Below, in pieces: positions 17,715 through 25,116 of a stretch of DNA of 32,000 bases. Every line of letters starts with the position of its first letter. Positions within the stretch are counted from its first letter, which is position 1. The position numbers and the translations under genes are program-made. The stretch comes from Halomicronema hongdechloris C2206 (GTDB lineage Bacteria > Cyanobacteriota > Cyanobacteriia > Phormidesmidales > Phormidesmidaceae). The stretch is from assembly GCF_002075285.3 (NCBI RefSeq), contig NZ_CP021983.2, positions 1,110,001-1,142,000 on the forward strand, given 5' to 3'. The notes below the pieces were generated by a model. That model made no database searches. It was given only the letters and a program-made list of their open reading frames with translations, and was not told the DNA's origin.

Positions 17715-18245
17715 CTACACTGGAATGCTTTCACCAGGACCATCGTTCATAAAATAGGGAGGTCCTGGAAGAGCGATTTCTTGAATGAGCTCATCAAAGT
17801 AGGGAATGACTTCATCAGCATCGGCTTGATCTAACTGCTTCATGGCTTCTGCCTTCAAGCAGTTCAAATATTGCACAATATTGGTTAAGGGAATGCCAAG
17901 ATTGGTATATAGTTCCTTCATCCCAGTTAGACCAATCTCTCGCAGGGGTTGATCATTACCCGCCAATAGACAGTAGCTAATCAAACGGATATACCAACTC
18001 ATATCTCGTTTGGCAGTTGCAGTCTTACGTCGATCACCAGAGTTACTCGGAGTCCTAGGGCAAATCTTCCAAAATTGTCGAGTTCCCCGCTCAACAATAT
18101 CAGTTGCCTTTGCTTGCAGATTTCTAGCTATTTGGATCCGGTCTGAACCAGATTTACAAAAGTCTCGGATAACCCGCAACTCCCCAGGTGTAGGATACCG
18201 TAACTCTTCATCAGAATTGTCAATAACCTGCTTAATCAAACTCAT
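17715..18245 (-). CDS. apcD3: Allophycocyanin alpha-type subunit, far-red paralog lacking the canonical chromophore Cys
   Basis: 176 aa from ATG 18245 (MSLIKQVIDNSDEELRYPTPGEL...); the track's GTG extension is not globin-like. Phycobiliprotein alpha fold. The canonical C-x-RD site reads TATAKRD (Ala; codon 18012-18014 = GCC). The paralog number is inferred from its position between apcE2 and psbD3 as I recall it from published FaRLiP clusters. Confidence 0.8.
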   Translation of the reverse strand: MSLIKQVIDNSDEELRYPTPGELRVIRDFCKSGSDRIQIARNLQAKATDIVERGTRQFWKICPRTPSNSGDRRKTATAKRDMSWYIRLISYCLLAGNDQPLREIGLTGMKELYTNLGIPLTNIVQYLNCLKAEAMKQLDQADADEVIPYFDELIQEIALPGPPYFMNDGPGESIPV

Positions 18246-18469
18246 GATCTTACTCAAAACGCACTCAAAACGCACTCTTTAGAACAACTTTGAAGGTGTT
18301 CTTGAGCTTAGTCTCACCTTACCAAATATCTGGTCTGGCAGCTATTTTTGGTAAATACGCACTCCACCAAACCAACAGATATTGAGCCGATATCGAAACC
18401 AACCCTGATTTCGATAGAATCCCTTCAATCGTGTCAATAGCCTGGTTAGGTAACTCATCGAAGATACAG

Positions 18470-20869
18470 TCATGATGGATTGGTTCCCGAAGAGGGTAGC
18501 TTCTGATCATTAGCTGAAGCAGAGGGTCTCTCAGCATTAGAGCCGCTCATAGGAGCACTGCTTCCAGCCACAATTGGTGACTGCTCAGACCCTGCCCCTT
18601 GATTGGTCCTCGTAGATTGATCAGATGCTGGTTGAGCCATTTCCCTTGGTTGTTGGCTAGTGGCTGTGGCCATCGCTATTTGAGCCGATCGTGCTGATGG
18701 GGCAGAAGCAACCACACTATCGACAGTAGACCGAATCTTGACGGGTTGACGGGGTGTGTGGGCAGCCATCCAGTCACCGGCAATATCGGGGTTATCACGG
18801 AGTTTCCACCAGGCCAAAGGTCCTTGGGGCGATCGCATCGCATACCCTCGCGGTGTCAGATAACGCTCATACGGAACGGTATCTTCACCAAACTCTTCGA
18901 TGTATTCAGGGCTATCGATCAACGCATCCACCAAGCCATAAAATCCCTGTTTGGCCACTAGATCGTAATAGCGATTGAGTTCTTCGCGGCTGTAGGTAGG
19001 ACGTCCCAGCAAGCGACGATGGATATATTCGATGGCCTTGGTGATATAGAGGTTTTCCCAATACAGCCGACGGAACGGACGAGATTTAGCCAGCTGACGC
19101 ACAAACTCCCGCAGGGTAATTTCCCCTCCCTTGAGTTTGGTCTCAGCTACCATCTGGCGCTGGCCATCGAAGACATCCCGACCGAAGACCTGACGATAGG
19201 TACCTAGAATGACGGCTTCGATGGAATGGCGGGCAACGTCAAGGTAAGGACCTTGGGCATTATTGCCCCGCCGCGGCTGGTGAGTGGGTTCCAGTTTCAG
19301 CAGGGGATGCCCAAAGGTGCCTGGAACGCGGCCCCAATGGGTATTTCCATTCCTGTCGCCATTACGGCCATTGTGTAATCCGCTGTCAATTAGAATCCGA
19401 CGGCTCGTGGTACTAAAATGAGCGGGCTGGGTTTTTGGATGGCGAGTCTCTTGAGGGAAAATTGCCCCAAATTGAATTTCTAAGGGGTCATTGCCCACAC
19501 CATAGGGATGCTGATTGGGTAATGGCCGCTGCTGCCCCGCAAAGGTCGTCACAAACTGCGGTACCTTACGGACTGGAGTACTGTATCTAAACAGGCTTAG
19601 TTGTGGCCCCCAATTTCGGCATTCCTGTGCTTCTAACCCCAGCTTCCTTAAGTAGGGAACCGTTTCTTCCCCAAAGTAATCGGCGTATTCCTGAGAATCT
19701 ACCAGAGCGTTTACCAGAGCCGGCAGTCCACCTTCGGAGATGACTTCGAAGTAGGTCTGAAATTCCTCTAAACAACTCAGACCACGTCCTAGGAAATGAC
19801 GACAAGCCAGTTCAATGACCCGGCTAATGGTAAAAGGCTCATAAAATTCACGCCGGTACAGCCGAGAGCATCCCAACTGCCGAACGAACTCCTTCATAGA
19901 CAGTTGGCCATTTTTCACCTGGGATTCCAGATCATACAGGGCGACCCCATAGATCTGGGTAACATCCCGCTCAAAAACCTGGCGATAGGCAGCACGAATG
20001 GCCTCTTGTTTTTCGGTTTCCGAAAGTCCCGGCTTGATAACCAGCCGGGGAGTCGGCAACGCACTGTCATAGTAACTCTGGGGTAAGGGTTGCCCCGGAT
20101 GCAGCTTCGAGGCACCAAATCGCAGGCGAGGATTGGGCTTTTCTACCAAATACTCAGTGATCAGCACCTCAAAGTAGCGCTTGACCAATGCCTTAGCCTC
20201 GGCATCAACGTATTGAGCGGCTTTCCACTGCATTTCTTGCAGGGCAACCACGGTAGCTAGGGTGACATCTTCAGGAATGACACCCCGTAGCCCCCGTACA
20301 TTAACACTGAGGATATTGGTGTCGCCGGCCACAATGGCATAAGTGGTGTAGCGCAAAAACCAGTCAAGATCTCGCATTGACCGCTTCATGCGCACGACGC
20401 CATATTTTGAGATATCGATGGTCCGAAAGCGGCTGGGAGCATTGGGGCGTCCCTGGGCGAATAACGATTTGAACCAGTCCATTAATCCGCTGGTCGGATC
20501 AATAGAGCGAGGTTCCTGAGCTAGATTGGCTTTGCTACGCGCCTTTGCCGATAGAAAGTCTTCCCCAATGTAGTAGCCTGAGCCAGGCAAACCGATAGGA
20601 TCGGTTGCCCTCTCGAGATAGGCCATGGGAGAACCACCGGTAAAGATACGATTGGCCCCAGCGGCTACGATTCTATCGGCATTTTGGGCCAATGCAGCAG
20701 CGATTTCTAACCGCTTTTGCCCCGAGCTAAAAAAGGCCGATAGCTCTCGGAGTTCACTTTGCTGAGGATAACGATCACGCTGTTCGGCCTCAGCAATCAC
20801 AGCCGTAGGGACCGTATGAAAGACTTGAGGATGGGCAGGAGGACTGCCCCCGTTGGTCCGATCAATCAT
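18470..20869 (-). CDS. apcE2: Phycobilisome core-membrane linker, far-red paralog (two REP domains)
   Basis: 799 aa. The N-terminal phycobiliprotein-like domain (…AEAEQRDRY…GQKRLEIAAALAQNADRIVAAGANRIFTGGSPMAYLE…) has a loop insertion. Two linker repeats follow (AYRQVFERD…EETVPYLR and TYRQVFGRD…EDTVPYERY), then an 86-aa Ser/Ala/Gln/Pro-rich tail. Confidence 0.9.
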   Translation of the reverse strand: MIDRTNGGSPPAHPQVFHTVPTAVIAEAEQRDRYPQQSELRELSAFFSSGQKRLEIAAALAQNADRIVAAGANRIFTGGSPMAYLERATDPIGLPGSGYYIGEDFLSAKARSKANLAQEPRSIDPTSGLMDWFKSLFAQGRPNAPSRFRTIDISKYGVVRMKRSMRDLDWFLRYTTYAIVAGDTNILSVNVRGLRGVIPEDVTLATVVALQEMQWKAAQYVDAEAKALVKRYFEVLITEYLVEKPNPRLRFGASKLHPGQPLPQSYYDSALPTPRLVIKPGLSETEKQEAIRAAYRQVFERDVTQIYGVALYDLESQVKNGQLSMKEFVRQLGCSRLYRREFYEPFTISRVIELACRHFLGRGLSCLEEFQTYFEVISEGGLPALVNALVDSQEYADYFGEETVPYLRKLGLEAQECRNWGPQLSLFRYSTPVRKVPQFVTTFAGQQRPLPNQHPYGVGNDPLEIQFGAIFPQETRHPKTQPAHFSTTSRRILIDSGLHNGRNGDRNGNTHWGRVPGTFGHPLLKLEPTHQPRRGNNAQGPYLDVARHSIEAVILGTYRQVFGRDVFDGQRQMVAETKLKGGEITLREFVRQLAKSRPFRRLYWENLYITKAIEYIHRRLLGRPTYSREELNRYYDLVAKQGFYGLVDALIDSPEYIEEFGEDTVPYERYLTPRGYAMRSPQGPLAWWKLRDNPDIAGDWMAAHTPRQPVKIRSTVDSVVASAPSARSAQIAMATATSQQPREMAQPASDQSTRTNQGAGSEQSPIVAGSSAPMSGSNAERPSASANDQKLPSSGTNPS

Positions 20870-20932
20870 GGTGGGTTTTGGTTGCTAAGTTCAGGACTTA
20901 ATGCCGGATTCAATGATTGACGATTTAGAAGG

Positions 20933-21412
20933 TTACGGAGTTAGACCTTGAATGAGGTAATCGAAATAGGGGCTAACTTCTTCTTGATCTTCAGGATTGA
21001 GTAGGTCGAGGGTGACCTCTTTCAGACAGTCCATGCACACGACTAGATTCCTAAGCGGAATTTCTAACGAGGTGTACATGGCTTTAGCCCCTTTAATTCC
21101 ACTGGCTTGGAGGGGATCAATATCACCTACCACTACGGCATACGTAATCAGCCGCAGATACCAGCCTTGATCGCGCATACAGGAGGATCGAAACGTAAGA
21201 TTACCGCTGTTGCTAGGAGTAATCTGACAGCGCTGCCAGAATTTCTCACTCCCTTTCTCAACAATGGTGTCAATATTGGCAGTGACAATCGCGGCAATTC
21301 TCAACCGCTGCGCTCCCCGCTCAAAATAACGGTGTAGGGTATTGAGTTCACCCCGACTAAGATAACGAGCCTCCCGATCAGCGTTAGCGATAGATTGCGT
21401 AATGATACTCAT
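20933..21412 (-). CDS. apcD2: Allophycocyanin alpha-type subunit, far-red paralog
   Basis: 159 aa, MSIITQSIANADREARYLSRGELNTL…; FWQRCQITPSNSG motif; canonical Cys present (SSCMRDQGWYLRLITY). The paralog number is from recalled synteny (between apcB2 and apcE2). Confidence 0.75.
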   Translation of the reverse strand: MSIITQSIANADREARYLSRGELNTLHRYFERGAQRLRIAAIVTANIDTIVEKGSEKFWQRCQITPSNSGNLTFRSSCMRDQGWYLRLITYAVVVGDIDPLQASGIKGAKAMYTSLEIPLRNLVVCMDCLKEVTLDLLNPEDQEEVSPYFDYLIQGLTP

Positions 21413-21422
21413 GGTGTCGCTC

Positions 21423-21908
21423 TTAGCTTAGGCCGGTGCAAATATGATCGAAGTAAACACCCATTTCCTTACCCGCTTCAGATCCAATGAGTTCGGTGGT
21501 GACTTCTTTCATAGACTGAACGGCTCGCACCGTAGCACCAACTGGTACTCCCAGGGAGTTGTAGGTTTCGCGTAATCCATTCAGTACCCGCTCATCCAGG
21601 ATGGAGGGATCACCAGCCAGCATGGCGTAGGTGGCATAGCGCAAGAAATAGTCCATGTCACGAACACAAGCGGCATACCGACGACAGGTATACATATTGC
21701 CGCCAGGGGCAGTAATGTCCGTATATAGCAAGGCTTTAGCAGTAGTCCGGGTGACAATAGTGGCAGCATTAGCGCTGATAGTCATCGCTGCCTTAGCTCG
21801 CAGTTCTCCACTACGGAAGTAATTTTGCAGGTTTTCTAAAGAGGCATCGTCTAGATACTTACCTTGCATATCAGAGGAATTGATCAAGGTAGTGATTGCG
21901 TCTTGCAT
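21423..21908 (-). CDS. apcB2: Allophycocyanin beta subunit, far-red paralog
   Basis: 161 aa, [20 protein letters not shown]…[44 protein letters not shown]…, the classic ApcB pattern with Cys at the 82-equivalent position. Confidence 0.9.
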   Translation of the reverse strand: MQDAITTLINSSDMQGKYLDDASLENLQNYFRSGELRAKAAMTISANAATIVTRTTAKALLYTDITAPGGNMYTCRRYAACVRDMDYFLRYATYAMLAGDPSILDERVLNGLRETYNSLGVPVGATVRAVQSMKEVTTELIGSEAGKEMGVYFDHICTGLS

Positions 21909-21999
21909 GGTTAACTCCTATTGCTTCGAGGGTTTAAAAACGGTTTCGTGGTCCAAAGATATGGAAGTATGCTTCTGCTGATGCGGGCAAAAAAACTGC

Positions 22000-22476
22000 C
22001 TAAGATAGAGAATTAATGATGAGATCAAAGTAGGGGGCTACTTCGGCTCCGTCCTCTTCACTCATGAGAGACATGGCTTCTTCCTTAAGGCAGCGCATGC
22101 ACTCAGCAATATTTCGGATGGGAATCTCTAAGTTGTTGTACATTTCCTTGATACCAAAGGTACCAATCTCCTCCAAGGGTCTCTCGCTACCAGCCAAGAT
22201 TGAATAGGCGATCAGGCGAACGTACCATCCTTGGTCCCGCTGGCAGGAAGCGGTCTTACGTTCATTGCCACTATTGCTAGGGGTATTGGGGCATCGCTCC
22301 CAGAATCTAGCACTACCGTTTTGAACGATTCGCTGCTCATTCTCAGCCAAGGTCTTGGCGATACGAATACGTCTCTCTCCAGTTTTTAAGAAGTCTTGGA
22401 AGATGCGAATTTCCTTCGGAGCAGGATAGCGAGCTTCACTATCTGCGTTGAGGATGAGTTCCGTAATCAGGCTCAT
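22000..22476 (-). CDS. apcD5: Allophycocyanin alpha-type subunit, far-red paralog (first gene of the apc/psb array)
   Basis: 158 aa, MSLITELILNADSEARYPAPKEI…; FWERCPNTPSNSG motif; canonical Cys present (ASCQRDQGWYVRLIAY). GGAGG lies 8 nt upstream. Named apcA2 in early literature and apcD5 later, by my recollection. Confidence 0.75.
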   Translation of the reverse strand: MSLITELILNADSEARYPAPKEIRIFQDFLKTGERRIRIAKTLAENEQRIVQNGSARFWERCPNTPSNSGNERKTASCQRDQGWYVRLIAYSILAGSERPLEEIGTFGIKEMYNNLEIPIRNIAECMRCLKEEAMSLMSEEDGAEVAPYFDLIINSLS

Positions 22477-22503
22477 AAATAACCTCCAGAGTTTATGAAA
22501 GAT

Positions 22504-22526
22504 CAGGAAATGGCAGGAAATGGCAG
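22504..22526. repeat. Tandem 10-nt repeat CAGGAAATGG x2 (+CAG) in the apcD5 leader
   Basis: caggaaatggcaggaaatggcag, 28-50 nt upstream of the apcD5 ATG (minus-strand reading: CTGCCATTTCCTGCCATTTCCTG). Confidence 0.6.
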
Positions 22527-22613
22527 TTTTAAGAATATTGAAAAAACGCCAATTTACCCTAAGATGCTTTGACTGAGATGGCGGCCAGCATCAAACAGTG
22601 CCAATACAACCAT

Positions 22614-22639
22614 TGATTGACACGAGTGATTGACACGAG
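22614..22639. promoter_or_regulatory. Perfect tandem 13-nt repeat TGATTGACACGAG x2 in the apcD5/psbO divergent intergenic region
   Basis: Units at 22614-22626 and 22627-22639, ~140-160 nt upstream of apcD5 and ~295 nt upstream of psbO. It shares a TGACACG core and a 13-nt pitch with the repeat at 31119-31144. Confidence 0.4.
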
Positions 22640-22932
22640 AAACGTTAATTCGCTAATGACTGCCAAGCCAATCAACTCACTTGGTTGACCATTAGCACAG
22701 GCTAAATATCTACAACCAAGATTTAGGTAGGAGAATAGGCGACAAAAATGAAGAACTCATGAATTTATGAAATCGCCTTTACGAAACTAAACAATTCGGA
22801 GCCTGTATAGCGCTAGTTTAGGTAGCCAAGCCCCTTCTCGAAAACTTCAGATTTTAATGATTGAATTAATGATCGTCCTCTGAGCCTAGAGGTTTTTGAC
22901 AGGCCTGAGACTGTTTATATTTAGGTTGAGTT

Positions 22933-23757
22933 ATGAGATATCGAACATTCATTGCCATGGCCCTAGCTCTATGTTTAGGGCTACTCACAGCTTGCTCGGG
23001 GGGAGCTTCAGCAACGAGTGATTCCCTCTCCTATGAGCAAATTAAGGGTAGTGGTTTAGCCAACCTCTGTCCACAAGTCGCCGATAGTCGGCGCGATGCG
23101 ATCGCAATTACCCCCAATCAGTCCTACACCATCAGAGCAATGTGTTTGCAACCAACCGCTTTCCTGGTTAAGCCAGAACCCCTAGTAAAGGGAAAGGAGA
23201 CTAAATTTGTGCAAACCAAACCCTTAACCCGAGCTAGCTACACGATTGACCAAGTCAGCGGTACCTTGACAGCTGATAAGGATGGCCGCCTTAAAATGGT
23301 TGAGCAAAGCGGTTTTGACTTCCAGCCGGTTACTGTGCAGCTTCCTGATGGCGAACGGGTCCCCCTACTGTTTTCTATTAAAGGACTGGTAGCGCAGTCC
23401 CCAAGTGAGGAAATTAACCCCTCTACCAACTTTACAGGGGCCTTTGATGTGCCTGCTTATCGTACAGCAGGTTTTTTAGATCCCAAAGGACGGGGAGTCA
23501 GCCTTGGCTATGATTCAGCTGTGGGATTGCCCCCTCAGGCAGATGCTGATGAGTTTCGTAAACAGAATCAGAAAGTCTTTGACGTGGCAAAAGGAGACCT
23601 GAGCTTACAAGTCAAGCAAGTGGATGCAGGCACCGGGGAAATTTCCGGCGTATTTGAAAGTATTCAGCCATCTGACTCAGATTTTGGATCTAGAGAACCA
23701 TTAGACGTGAAAATCCAGGGAGTCTTTTACGCTCGCCTGGAACCAGAAGCCACCTAA
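22933..23757 (+). CDS. psbO: Photosystem II manganese-stabilising protein PsbO, cluster-embedded paralog
   Basis: 274 aa. Signal/lipobox-like LGLLTACSG. Conserved segments: LSYEQIKGSGLANLCP, MCLQPTAFLVK, GFDFQPVTVQLPDGERVPLLFSIKGLVA, FDVPAYRTAGFLDPKGRG, GYDSAVGLP, GEISGVFES.QPSD.D.G..EP..VKIQGVFYA. These align along the whole length with cyanobacterial PsbO as I recall it. Confidence 0.9.
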   Translation: MRYRTFIAMALALCLGLLTACSGGASATSDSLSYEQIKGSGLANLCPQVADSRRDAIAITPNQSYTIRAMCLQPTAFLVKPEPLVKGKETKFVQTKPLTRASYTIDQVSGTLTADKDGRLKMVEQSGFDFQPVTVQLPDGERVPLLFSIKGLVAQSPSEEINPSTNFTGAFDVPAYRTAGFLDPKGRGVSLGYDSAVGLPPQADADEFRKQNQKVFDVAKGDLSLQVKQVDAGTGEISGVFESIQPSDSDFGSREPLDVKIQGVFYARLEPEAT

Positions 23758-23790
23758 TCAGTCTCTAAACGTATCAATTGGGCAACGGCT

Positions 23791-23849
23791 ACAGAAAACT
23801 TCAGGAGTCGAATGAGAATTAAGCATTCTCTGACTCCTGAAGTTTCTGT
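23791..23849. terminator. Long imperfect hairpin between convergent psbO and psbV
   Basis: acagaaaacttcaggagtc…gactcctgaagtttctgt: a 13-bp perfect stem (aacttcaggagtc/gactcctgaagtt) extended with one bulge. An inner gagaat/attctc helix is present. tt/aa-rich flanks sit on both sides. Confidence 0.6.
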
Positions 23850-23909
23850 TTATATAACCTCAAGTGCGGTTGAGAAGTCGCAACTGCTTATCGTTAAGAA
23901 CGTGAAGTA

Positions 23910-24425
23910 TTATCGTCCTGGCTTGCCAGAAGCCCAACGGTAACCCAGGATATTAGGCTGTGACAAGATATATCCAGATATGTCAACTAGATCCTCCTCG
24001 GTGAGATTTTTCATGTTCGGGAACAGATCAGGTCTGGTGACAGATGGATGAAGCTCCTCTAGGGAGTCCATGCCATCATAGGTCGTAGGGTGACGTAGGT
24101 AATCAACGATTCCCTGCAAATTATCTCGAGGTGGAGTGGCTAGGGCCAACGCTTCAGACCCCAAGTTGATATCCGGATTGGTTTTGGTGATGCCATCGAC
24201 ATGGCAGGAAGCACAGGTTTTTCTAAATTCATTCTGACCATTGACATATTGCTGCTCAGTCAATGTGATCATGTTGCCGGTTTCGTCTAATGGTACTGTG
24301 CGAGCAGATTCGCTAATTTCAACAGCTAGCACTGATCCCCCAACAAACAAGAGTCCTAGTACCGACAGCAGCCCGACAGCAGCAAAAAATCGTTGTAGAA
24401 TACGGTCCTTTAAAGTGTCAGTCAT
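23910..24425 (-). CDS. psbV: Cytochrome c-550 (PsbV), cluster-embedded paralog
   Basis: Heme motif CASCH, then VDGITKTNPDINLGSEALALATPPRDNLQGIVDYLRHPTTYDG…EELHPS (distal His)…FPNMKNLTEEDLVDISGYIL; co-linear with PsbV. Start at ATG 24425 (MTDTLKDRIL…, GGGGG 8-12 nt upstream) is preferred to the track's 24467. Confidence 0.85.
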   Translation of the reverse strand: MTDTLKDRILQRFFAAVGLLSVLGLLFVGGSVLAVEISESARTVPLDETGNMITLTEQQYVNGQNEFRKTCASCHVDGITKTNPDINLGSEALALATPPRDNLQGIVDYLRHPTTYDGMDSLEELHPSVTRPDLFPNMKNLTEEDLVDISGYILSQPNILGYRWASGKPGR

Positions 24426-24641
24426 TAGGTTACCCCCAATACATTTTAATAACATTGAAGCTACCATGACTCTTGGACTCTGATTTCAGCAAATCGAACC
24501 TAAAAATATTTCTTAAAACAATAAATCAGATCAATTAAAATAAATAAATTTAGTCTACTCAAACCTTTATTTTCATGAGAAATTCATTTTCTTATGTACT
24601 TAGCGAATCCATGAAAAGGGTCACTATTTCCAGATAAGCCC

Positions 24642-24669
24642 CATGAGCCTATTTACATGAGCCTATTTA
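24642..24669. repeat. Perfect tandem 14-nt repeat CATGAGCCTATTTA x2 in the psbV/chlF divergent intergenic region
   Basis: Units at 24642-24655 and 24656-24669, inside a ~650-bp AT-rich non-coding region. Confidence 0.6.
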
Positions 24670-25116
24670 AACGTATGGCATCAAGGAGTGAGAGGCCTAG
24701 CAGCGTTCAGGATAGCGACAGGGTATGAGCTACCGTTTATCTGTTCTAACTATCTGCACAGTAAGAATCAAGGGCCAGTCGAGTGTTCTCGTCGTCACAA
24801 CCGTGCAATGCAATATGGGCTCCTCATAAACATCCTTGGCCCTTCTGCTGGGCCATGACGAAGCGCCAGGAGTGGCTAGGCTCCTGGTGCTCAGTACGTA
24901 AACTTCCTTAAAGCAGACTCTCATCTTCCTCAGTTTTTCATTTTTCCCGTTTATCTTTACCATCAATGTAAACAAAGCCGATTTGCCGGGTAATCGCTAT
25001 GCTCCGGCAAGGGGATAGTTGGGTAGATCGTTTGCTTTCATTACATCTATGCCCCGCTTGAAGATGATTCGTCGCAGAGTCGAGCGGGTGGATTCCTATG
25101 GTTAAGAGGAGTTTGT

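Noticed and set aside
18319-18537. 72-aa minus-strand ORF overlapping the 3' end of apcE2 and the apcE2-apcD3 spacer.
   Set aside because: It overlaps apcE2 in another frame and has no features. The spacer is better explained as the apcD3 leader.
22631-22660. Reading the TTGACA inside the 13-nt repeat as a simple sigma-70 -35 box for psbO.
   Set aside because: No acceptable -10 (TAnnnT) lies 16-18 nt downstream (ctaatg/taatga), and psbO is ~295 nt away. This is kept only as a caveat on the repeat finding.
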